Of a stretch of DNA of 18,253 bases, positions 8,745 to 14,376 are shown one piece after another. Location: assembly GCA_030538335.1 (NCBI GenBank), contig JAUNUE010000014.1, positions 1 to 18,253 on the forward strand, in the 5' to 3' direction. The stretch comes from Brachymonas sp. (GTDB lineage: Bacteria > Pseudomonadota > Gammaproteobacteria > Burkholderiales > Burkholderiaceae_C). Below the pieces are notes generated by a model, which saw nothing but the letters and a program-made list of their open reading frames with translations, had not been told where the DNA came from and did no database searches. The first letter of the stretch is position 1, and each line of letters begins with the position of its first letter. Made by a program: the position numbers and the translations under genes.

Positions 8745-9968
8745 TCAGCCTTTCACGCACACCACCTGCTTCAGGGTGTACACCACCTCCACCAGATCAG
8801 CCTGTGCGGCCATGACGGCGTCGATGTCCTTGTAGGCCATCGGTATTTCGTCAATCACGCCTGCGTCCTTGCGGCATTCCACGCCTTCGGTGGCGCGCAT
8901 CTGGTCGGCCACGGTGTAGCGCTTTTTGGCGGCGGTGCGGCTCATCACGCGACCGGCGCCGTGTGAGCAGCTTTCGAACGACTCGGGGTTGCCCTTGCCG
9001 CGCACGATGTAGCTGCGCGCACCCATGCTGCCGGGGATGATGCCCAGCTCGCCCGCCTTGGCGCTCACCGCGCCCTTGCGCGTGACAAATACCTCTTCAC
9101 CAAAGTGCGTTTCGCGCTGCACGTAGTTGTGGTGGCAGTTCACCGCTTCTACATGCGTTTCAAAAGGCTTGGTGATCACGCTGCGCAGGGCGGCGATCAC
9201 GCGCTGCATCATCACGGCGCGGTTGGCGGCGGCAAACTTCTGTGCCCAGCCCACGGCCTGCACGTAATCGCCAAAGTACTGGCTGCCTTCTTCAAAGTAG
9301 GCCAGATCCTTGTCGGGCAGGTGCACGTTGTTGCGCTCGGCGTCTTTTTTGGCCAGTTCGATGAACTGGGTGCCAATGGCGTTGCCCACGCCACGCGAGC
9401 CGCTGTGCAGCATGACCCACACCGCCTGCGCTTCATCCAGACAAACCTCAATGAAGTGGTTGCCGGTGCCCAGCGTGCCCATGTGGCGGTAGTTGTTGGT
9501 GTTTTTCAGACGCGGGTATTTTTCGCAAATCTGCGCAAACTCATCGACTAGCTTGGACCAGGCCGCATCCGCCTCGGTGGGCGGTTGCTCCCACGAACCC
9601 TTGTCGCGCCCGGTTCTGCGCGGCGTCAGCCCGTGCGGCACGGCCTTTTCAATGGCCACGCGCAACAGAGCCAGGTTGTCGGGCAGGTCGCGGGCAGTCA
9701 GCGTGGTCTTGCACGCCATCATGCCGCAGCCAATGTCCACCCCCACCGCTGCGGGGATGATGGCCTTGAACGTGGGAATGACCGAACCCACCGTGGCCCC
9801 GATGCCGTAGTGCACATCGGGCATGGCGGCCACGTGCTTGAAGACGATGGGCAGGCGCGCCACGTTCTCCAGTTGTTTCTGCGCTTCGGCCTCTACAGGT
9901 ACCCCGCGTGTCCACATCTTGATCGGCACGGCGTTTTCTGCGTCTTTTTGAATGTAGTTTTTGTCCAT
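8745..9968 (-). CDS. rtcB: RNA-splicing ligase RtcB (3'-phosphate/5'-OH RNA ligase), 407 aa
   Basis: MDKNYIQKDAENAVPIKMWTRGVPVEA...MPDVHYGIGATVGSVIPT...NCHHNYV...CSHGAGRVMSR...QVVCVKG is near-colinear with E. coli RtcB, including the metal and GMP-His motifs. The start is chosen at the ATG at 9968 (MDKNY), which matches the family N-terminus. The ORF-track extension MQMPDGCFIKRII runs through a hairpin. Confidence 0.93.
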   Translation of the reverse strand: MDKNYIQKDAENAVPIKMWTRGVPVEAEAQKQLENVARLPIVFKHVAAMPDVHYGIGATVGSVIPTFKAIIPAAVGVDIGCGMMACKTTLTARDLPDNLALLRVAIEKAVPHGLTPRRTGRDKGSWEQPPTEADAAWSKLVDEFAQICEKYPRLKNTNNYRHMGTLGTGNHFIEVCLDEAQAVWVMLHSGSRGVGNAIGTQFIELAKKDAERNNVHLPDKDLAYFEEGSQYFGDYVQAVGWAQKFAAANRAVMMQRVIAALRSVITKPFETHVEAVNCHHNYVQRETHFGEEVFVTRKGAVSAKAGELGIIPGSMGARSYIVRGKGNPESFESCSHGAGRVMSRTAAKKRYTVADQMRATEGVECRKDAGVIDEIPMAYKDIDAVMAAQADLVEVVYTLKQVVCVKG

Positions 9969-9981
9969 GATGATTCTCTTT

Positions 9982-10019
9982 ATAAAACAACCGTCAGGCA
10001 TCTGCATGCCTGACGGTTG
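9982..10019 (-). terminator. Perfect 14-bp hairpin (CAACCGUCAGGCAU-GCAG-AUGCCUGACGGUUG) followed by UUUUAUAAAG, between the SPFH stop and the rtcB start
   Basis: The stem, 9988-10001 / 10006-10019, begins 7 nt after the SPFH stop. The U-tract and the rtcB SD/start follow within 14 nt. This is a terminator or attenuator-like structure inside an apparent operon. Confidence 0.5.
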
Positions 10020-10026
10020 AAAGGCC

Positions 10027-11163
10027 TCAACGCAGCTTCACCAGCCCGTTGAGCACTTGGTCCAAGCCACCGAATACGGAGATCTTGTCGATGCGCTCGG
10101 CCACGCGCTCCAGTGTTTCAAGCTCCTTCAGACGCAGGGCGATGGGGTTGTCTTCCATCACCTTGGCGGTGTTGAGCAAGGAGCGCGAGGCCGCGGTTTC
10201 TTCGCGGCGGCGGATCACGTTAGCCTGCGCGGCTTTTTCGGCTTCGACCACCTGGGCGAGGATGGTTTTCATCTCGCCCGGCAGCACGATGTCTTTCACG
10301 CCCACGCCGTCAAGCGCCAAGCCATAGCTGGCGAGTTTGCCTTTGACCCAGGTTGTGACGACTTCGTCGATCACGCCCTTGTTCTCCAGCAACTCGTCCA
10401 GTGTGCGGGTACCAACGGCAGCACGCAAGCCAAACTGCAGCTCGCGGTAGAGGTGCTCAGCCGGTTTTTGTAATTGCGTAAAAGCCTTGAGCACGTCGAT
10501 GTAGCGCCAGTTGGCGGCCAGGTTCAGGCGCAAAGCGACCTTGTCGCGGGTCAGGATTTCCTGGCCCGACACTTCCAGCGTTTGCAGGCGCATGTCGACC
10601 AGCTCCACCACCACGTTGCGGTTGAACTTCCAGAAGGCGTAGTTACCCGGTGCTAGCAAGCGCTCGACCTTGCCGTCGATCCACAGCACACCGGTGCCAT
10701 GCTCTGACACCTGTACCGCGAGCACACCTGACAGACCAGCCAACGGGCGTTGGCGCAACTGGGTTTGCGTCAGACGCTGCAGCAAGGCGGCAGGCACTTC
10801 GGCCGAAGTGCTGATGTCGATCACTTCCACGCGCACATCAACCAGCCCTTTCCAGTACAGGCGGCGGGTGGATGGCGCCATGATCTCAACCAGCAAGCCG
10901 TTTTCATAGCGCAAACCCACCTGGGTTTCGCTGAGATCGACGCGCACAAACTCCTGGTTGACAACCTCAGGCTCCTTGGCCATCAGGTAATCGGCCAGTT
11001 CGTGCGTGAAAGCGGTTTGCTCCAGTGCAAAGGTCTGTACCTTCAGGCGGTCAAACCCGCTGAACAGCCAGTGGCGACCTGGCTTGAGCACGCGCTCAAA
11101 ATCGCCATTGCGCAGCAACAGGCCACGCTCGTTTTTTTTCACAGTCACACGCTTGAATTTCAT
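10027..11163 (-). CDS. SPFH / band-7 (stomatin-prohibitin-flotillin-HflKC) domain protein, 378 aa, with a tandem duplication of the SPFH N-terminal beta-subdomain and no N-terminal TM helix
   Basis: The C-terminal half (...LEVSGQEILTRDKVALRLNLAANWRYIDVLKAF...DIVLPGEMKTILAQVVEAEKAAQANVIRRREETAASRSLLNTAKVMEDNPIALRLKELETLERVAE...) is a classic slipin/SPFH core plus coiled-coil. Residues ~4-45 (KRVTVKKNERGLLLRNGDFERVLKPGRHWLF) and ~170-215 (GVLWIDGKVERLLAPGNYAFWKFNRNVV) both resemble the SPFH N-terminal strand region. The start is the ATG at 11163, preceded by AAGGAG at 7-nt spacing. Confidence 0.8.
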   Translation of the reverse strand: MKFKRVTVKKNERGLLLRNGDFERVLKPGRHWLFSGFDRLKVQTFALEQTAFTHELADYLMAKEPEVVNQEFVRVDLSETQVGLRYENGLLVEIMAPSTRRLYWKGLVDVRVEVIDISTSAEVPAALLQRLTQTQLRQRPLAGLSGVLAVQVSEHGTGVLWIDGKVERLLAPGNYAFWKFNRNVVVELVDMRLQTLEVSGQEILTRDKVALRLNLAANWRYIDVLKAFTQLQKPAEHLYRELQFGLRAAVGTRTLDELLENKGVIDEVVTTWVKGKLASYGLALDGVGVKDIVLPGEMKTILAQVVEAEKAAQANVIRRREETAASRSLLNTAKVMEDNPIALRLKELETLERVAERIDKISVFGGLDQVLNGLVKLR

Positions 11164-11458
11164 GATGATTCTCCTTGTTGTTGCGTGCAGATAAAGGGTG
11201 CCGTTACAGGGGTGGTGGCGGATTGCCCGTGCTGCCGGATGGGCCTTGTGGCGGGCAGTGCCACGTACAGCCGCATCAAGTGCATGCTGTGCGCGCATTG
11301 CTGGTCACAGGCGCAGCCGGTGCGGGCGGACAATGCAAGCCGCCACCGCTGACAGGCCCTGCCTGCCCGCGCCTTCTGCACACGCAGCCAGGGCCTTGTG
11401 AACAGAATTTGCGGGCATGCACAGCCTGCGTTCGGCGGGGTGGTCTTTCGACCGTTCT

Positions 11459-11535
11459 TGGCTTATGGAGCCGGATTCGAACCGGCGACAGACGAAAGGT
11501 TGATTCGTTGCTCTACCAAACTGAGCCATCCATAA
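11459..11535 (-). tRNA. tRNA-like gene t1 (77 nt). Perfect cloverleaf (7-bp acceptor UUAUGGA/UCCAUAA, D, anticodon and T arms all fully paired, encoded CCA) but anticodon loop UCAACCU has C33 and nominal anticodon AAC; isotype undetermined
   Basis: Minus strand reads TTATGGA-TG-GCTC-AGTTTGGTA-GAGC-A-ACGAA-TCAACCT-TTCGT-CTGTC-GCCGG-TTCGAAT-CCGGC-TCCATAA-G-CCA. Confidence 0.6.
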
Positions 11536-11536
11536 A

Positions 11537-11564
11537 TGGTCGACGTTTCAGGACTCGAACCTGA
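11537..11564 (-). other. tRNA 3'-half fragment (T arm UCAGG-UUCGAGU-CCUGA + acceptor 3' strand AACGUCG + A + CCA), 2 nt from the t1 5' end; no matching 5' acceptor/D arm upstream
   Basis: Minus strand reads GGTGTCAGGTTCGAGTCCTGAAACGTCGACCA. The required 5' strand CGRCGTT is not found within 100 nt upstream. The upstream 170 nt contain GC-rich hairpins instead. Confidence 0.45.
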
Positions 11565-11737
11565 CACCTTGCGGTGCAACCGATGAACATCGCTATCAAC
11601 TGCTTTCAGCAACGCGGCATGTGCAAGCCGCACTGGCCCCATGCCAGCAGCCGCACACCGACGGGGCGGGCTTGCGCCCCAACCCCTGCTCTGTCAGCGT
11701 TTGCTTGCCACAGAAGATTTGTTGGGCGCCTGAAAAT

Positions 11738-12301
11738 TCAATTCAGGCGCGAATTTTTGGGCAGCCTCGCGGCCAGCCACTCGTGCACATCTGCGCGGAT
11801 GTTGCGCCCCTTGAGCAGAAAATCCTCAAAGCGGCTTGGCACATAGTGCAGGTACAGCAAGGGCATGCGCGCTTCGTCGGGCGTGCGTGCGGCCTTGCGC
11901 CCATTGCACCCGGCACAGGCAGCAACAAGGTTCATCCAGCACCAGGCGCCACCGCGCGACTCGGGCAGGATGTGCTCGCACTGCAAATCCTGCGCGGCAA
12001 ACACATCACCGCAATAGGCACAGGTATGCCGGTCGCGGCGCAGCAGCTTGTCTTTGGTCACGCTGGGGGTCACATCAAACAGATTGCACTTGGCCGCGCC
12101 GCGCACGGCGATGATGGGGTGCACTTCAAGCACTGAATCGCGCTGGAGTGGAACGTTGAAACCCCCACGCAGCACGGCCAGCGGGCCCTGGCCCAATTGC
12201 CAGGCCACACGATCCGTGGCGTAGTGCAGGGCGGCCTGTTCCACCGCAATCCAGGCCTGCGGTGTACCGTGCACATCAAGTTGCAAGACCTGGGTAAACA
12301 T
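11738..12301 (-). CDS. HNH-family nuclease, 187 aa
   Basis: C-terminal HNH/zinc-finger motif ...HTCAYCGDVFAAQDLQCEHILPESRGGAWCWMNLVAACAGCNGRKAARTPDEARMP... with high GC3. AAGGAG lies 6 nt upstream of the ATG at 12301. The start is 36 nt downstream of tRNA-like gene t3. The stop codon sits in the loop of a 9-bp hairpin (11726-11750). Confidence 0.8.
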   Translation of the reverse strand: MFTQVLQLDVHGTPQAWIAVEQAALHYATDRVAWQLGQGPLAVLRGGFNVPLQRDSVLEVHPIIAVRGAAKCNLFDVTPSVTKDKLLRRDRHTCAYCGDVFAAQDLQCEHILPESRGGAWCWMNLVAACAGCNGRKAARTPDEARMPLLYLHYVPSRFEDFLLKGRNIRADVHEWLAARLPKNSRLN

Positions 12302-12336
12302 GCTGTTCTCCTTTCAATAAAACCATGAAACCTCGC

Positions 12337-12412
12337 TGGTGCGGGCATGTCCGGCTGAACGCCAAACCTGCCGGTTAAAAGCCGGACGCTCTACCAGTTG
12401 AGCTATACCCGC
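12337..12412 (-). tRNA. tRNA-Lys(UUU)-like t3 (76 nt) with a degenerate T arm (2 of 5 stem pairs mismatched; T loop UUCAGCC lacks A58 and C61); possible pseudo-tRNA
   Basis: GCGGGTA-TA-GCTC-AACTGGTA-GAGC-G-TCCGG-CTTTTAA-CCGGC-AGGTT-TGGCG-TTCAGCC-GGACA-TGCCCGC-A-CCA. The acceptor, D and anticodon arms are good; the 27:43 pair is a U-C mismatch. Confidence 0.55.
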
Positions 12413-12432
12413 AAAATATGACAAAAGCAATT

Positions 12433-12507
12433 GGGGGTGACTGCTGGGAATCGAACCCAAATCGCTGGAATCACAAACCAGGGTCCTGCCATTGAACGAC
12501 AGCCACC
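12433..12507 (-). tRNA. tRNA-His(GUG), with G-1:C73 and an 8-bp acceptor
   Basis: G(-1)-GTGGCTG-TC-GTTC-AATGGCA-GGAC-C-CTGGT-TTGTGAT-TCCAG-CGAT-TTGGG-TTCGATT-CCCAG-CAGTCAC-C. The anticodon arm is near-identical to E. coli tRNA-His. The 31:39 pair is U-U. The 3' tail is CCC rather than CCA. Confidence 0.8.
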
Positions 12508-12528
12508 CCGAATGGCTTTTGTCTGAAC

Positions 12529-12604
12529 TGGCTGCATCGACAGGCCTCGAACCTGTGACATCCGCGTTAACAGCGCGGTGCTCTACCCACTGAGCTACGA
12601 TGCA
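12529..12604 (-). tRNA. tRNA-Asn(GUU)
   Basis: TGCATCG-TA-GCTC-AGTGGGTA-GAGC-A-CCGCG-CTGTTAA-CGCGG-ATGTC-ACAGG-TTCGAGG-CCTGT-CGATGCA-G-CCA. Canonical cloverleaf with a U1-A72 first pair. Confidence 0.85.
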
Positions 12605-12609
12605 AAAAT

Positions 12610-12692
12610 TGGTGCCTCAGCCGGGATTCGAACCCAGAAAAGCCCTGCTTCTAAGGCAGGCAGGTGTACCAATTTCCATTAGCCACCGAGGC
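12610..12692 (-). tRNA. tRNA-like t6 with anticodon UAG (Leu-type), 83 nt. It has no class-II long variable arm, and ~6 extra nt between the D region and the anticodon stem (tandem CCTGCC CTGCC)
   Basis: GCCTCGG-TG-[GCTAATGGAAATTGGTACACCTG]-CCTGC-CTTAGAA-GCAGG-GCTTTT-CTGGG-TTCGAAT-CCCGG-CTGAGGC-A-CCA. The acceptor, anticodon and T arms pair well. The D region is 23 nt instead of ≤20. Confidence 0.5.
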
Positions 12693-12697
12693 ACAAC

Positions 12698-12773
12698 TGG
12701 CACACCGTACCGGATTCGAACCGGTGGCTTTCCACTAGACAGGCGGACACTCTGACCACTGAGTTAACGGCGC
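12698..12773 (-). tRNA. tRNA-Asp(GUC); U37 rather than a purine 3' of the anticodon
   Basis: GCGCCGT-TA-ACTC-AGTGGTCA-GAGT-G-TCCGC-CTGTCTA-GTGGA-AAGCC-ACCGG-TTCGAAT-CCGGT-ACGGTGT-G-CCA. Two G-U pairs in the acceptor stem. Confidence 0.8.
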
Positions 12774-12782
12774 AAAAAAATC

Positions 12783-12857
12783 TGGTCGTCCAAGGTGGGT
12801 ACGATCCACCGATCAACGCCTTATGAGAGCGCTGCTCTACCGCTGAGCTATTGGACG
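12783..12857 (-). tRNA. tRNA-Met(CAU)-type t8 with an atypical T loop AUCGUAC (A54 and U58 swapped relative to the canonical T54/A58) and a C1-G72 first pair
   Basis: CGTCCAA-TA-GCTC-AGCGGTA-GAGC-A-GCGCT-CTCATAA-GGCGT-TGATC-GGTGG-ATCGTAC-CCACC-TTGGACG-A-CCA. Confidence 0.65.
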
Positions 12858-12866
12858 TTGTGTACT

Positions 12867-12942
12867 TGGCATCCCAGGAAGAATTCGAACCCTCAACCTT
12901 CGGATTTGGAGTCCGTTGCGCTGCCGATTGCGCCACTGAGAT
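12867..12942 (-). tRNA. tRNA-Trp(CCA) (A1-U72 as in E. coli tRNA-Trp; G53-U61 and A27/A43 irregularities)
   Basis: ATCTCAG-TG-GCGC-AATCGGCA-GCGC-A-ACGGA-CTCCAAA-TCCGA-AGGTT-GAGGG-TTCGAAT-TCTTC-CTGGGAT-G-CCA. Confidence 0.75.
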
Positions 12943-12959
12943 AAATCCATGCTTTTTTC

Positions 12960-13036
12960 TGGTTGCAGCGGGTGGATTTGAACCACCGATCTCAGGCGTA
13001 TGAAACCTGTGAGGACAACCACTCCTCTACGCTGCT
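12960..13036 (-). tRNA. tRNA-Met(CAU), initiator-like t10 (mismatched 1:72 pair A/A, A11:U24, T loop UUCAAAU, discriminator A as in tRNA-fMet; only two G-C pairs at the base of the anticodon stem)
   Basis: AGCAGCG-TA-GAGG-AGTGGTTGT-CCTC-A-CAGGT-TTCATAC-GCCTG-AGATC-GGTGG-TTCAAAT-CCACC-CGCTGCA-A-CCA. Confidence 0.7.
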
Positions 13037-13257
13037 GAACTGGCATCGCGTAGGGGATTGCTCGCACGATGTGCTCGGCCTTCAGCCCGCACCTTTGGTG
13101 CGTCCAATGCGCGATGCGCATTGAGCGAACCCCTGTTGGCAAACTGAAAACCTGCTGTCCTGGCCATCTAGACGAACGCGACAAATAAAGGAATTTCCAT
13201 TTCGGCTGTGCCTGCACGCGAGAGATTCGCATCGGCGAATCCGGTGCACTCGCTGCA

Positions 13258-13281
13258 CCTGCCATGTGCGCACATGGCAGG
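13258..13281. repeat. 24-bp perfect palindrome CCTGCCATGTGCGCACATGGCAGG in non-coding DNA
   Basis: Read directly. Two overlapping opposite-strand ORFs translate it into similar peptides (LPCAHMAG), a palindrome artefact. Confidence 0.6.
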
Positions 13282-13507
13282 CACATCCCACCCCACCGTT
13301 CCCGCGGCAGCGCTTGGGTGGTATTGTGCAGACACACCCGAAATGGAGCATAAATACAAGGCATATCTACCGCCTTGCAACCATGCAACATCCCGAAAAT
13401 GTGAGTACGCCTGCGCCAGTGCGCAAGCGCCTCACGGCAACTTGTGAAAGAACATGGCTGCCAGCACGATCACTGCGCAGCGGTACAGGCCAAGCCTGCA
13501 AACCAAC

Positions 13508-13539
13508 AAAAAAGCCCGGTTTCCTTGCAGAAACCGGGC
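13508..13539 (-). terminator. Intrinsic terminator on the minus strand (10-bp stem GCCCGGUUUC/GAAACCGGGC, 6-nt loop, then U6)
   Basis: Plus strand reads aaaaaa-gcccggtttc-cttgca-gaaaccgggc. It is 30 nt downstream of the stop of the small minus-strand ORF at 13570-13809. Confidence 0.55.
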
Positions 13540-13569
13540 CTCTAGATACAGAGAAGTCGAGAGTAACGC

Positions 13570-13809
13570 TCAGCTGTGCGTACCCTCCCCGGTTGCGCGG
13601 CAATCCTCATGCTTGAACGATGTCCAGCCCCCATTGCACGCAGGCGCCATGAGCCGATAGCCCGCCAACGCGCGCGCAGCCAAGCCCATGCCGGGTTGCG
13701 GTATGCGGTTGATGGAAGCGCTCAGTCGTATCACGGATGATCTCGATGCAAAAAGGTTGAACATGGGAATACTTGCAAAGGTAAAGGAGGCTGCAGGCAG
13801 CTCCTTCAC
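13570..13809 (-). CDS. Hypothetical small protein (79 aa, GTG start), divergent from the HTH regulator gene and followed by a terminator
   Basis: The ORF ends 30 nt before a strong terminator and starts ~110 bp from the divergent HTH gene. It has no recognisable domain. GC3 is intermediate and lower than host genes. Weak call. Confidence 0.2.
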   Translation of the reverse strand: MKELPAASFTFASIPMFNLFASRSSVIRLSASINRIPQPGMGLAARALAGYRLMAPACNGGWTSFKHEDCRATGEGTHS

Positions 13810-13828
13810 TTCTGGAACAAGATGTAGT

Positions 13829-13843
13829 GTAAAGAAACTTTAC
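13829..13843. promoter_or_regulatory. 15-bp palindrome GTAAAGAAACTTTAC (6-3-6) in the AT-rich divergent promoter region; candidate operator for the adjacent HTH protein
   Basis: Located 78 bp upstream of the HTH gene start, in the most AT-rich stretch of the window (13740-13880). Confidence 0.3.
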
Positions 13844-13920
13844 TGTTCTTTCAAGATTCGGCGATAATCTTTTTTGCAAGCGTTGCTTCAACAACACACA
13901 CGCCAAAACATCTTCTGCCC

Positions 13921-14313
13921 ATGCCCCAGCCCGCACCGCCACAACAACCCAACCTGTCTGTACTGCGCCGACAGAACCTGCTGGCGCTGCTGCAGGAGTT
14001 TGCCGAAAACATGGTTTCGGCAGGCGCGGTCACCAAAGGCATCGAGCAGGCTTTTGCCGAAAAAATCCAGGTCTCGCCCAGCATGCTCAGCCAGATGAAG
14101 GCAGGCCGCCCCATCGGCAACAAGATCGCGCGGCAAATCGAAGTCTTGTGCAAACGCCCTGCGGGCTGGCTGGATACACAGCACCCCGACCAGAAACCTT
14201 CGCCCGCTGAAGAAGCCTTTGTGACGCTTGCCAGAGAGGTATGGCGGTCGCAAAACGCCAAAGGAAAAAGGGAACTGCAGCAATATGTGCAGTCCCGCAT
14301 GGCGAAACCCTGA
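13921..14313 (+). CDS. XRE/Cro-CI-type helix-turn-helix DNA-binding protein (130 aa), phage-repressor-like
   Basis: HTH signature ...GIEQAFAEKIQVSPSMLSQMKAGRPIGNKIARQIEVLCKRPAGWLD... with host-like GC3. The N-terminal 30 residues are Pro/Gln-rich. An alternative start is the ATG at 14011 (MVSAGAV...). Confidence 0.65.
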   Translation: MPQPAPPQQPNLSVLRRQNLLALLQEFAENMVSAGAVTKGIEQAFAEKIQVSPSMLSQMKAGRPIGNKIARQIEVLCKRPAGWLDTQHPDQKPSPAEEAFVTLAREVWRSQNAKGKRELQQYVQSRMAKP

Positions 14314-14376
14314 AAGAGGTACACCTCTGTCTTGCGCCGCGCATCAGTGCGGGTGGATTCAGGAGAGTTAAAAATC

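Noticed and set aside
9969-10007. Longer rtcB ORF starting at 10007 (MQMPDGCFIKRII-MDKNY)
   Set aside because: The extension is encoded by the 14-bp hairpin/U-tract. The family N-terminus starts at MDKNY/MNYE.
11537-11740. tmRNA, or group-I-intron-containing tRNA hosting the HNH ORF
   Set aside because: There is no tmRNA-like 5' acceptor partner (GGGG...), resume codon or tag reading frame. No 5' tRNA exon lies between t3 and the HNH start. This is kept only as a fragment call.
12837-13391. 184-aa minus-strand ORF spanning tRNA genes t9/t10 and the 24-bp palindrome
   Set aside because: It overlaps two tRNA genes. Its similarity to the opposite-strand ORF 13208-13447 is a palindrome artefact.
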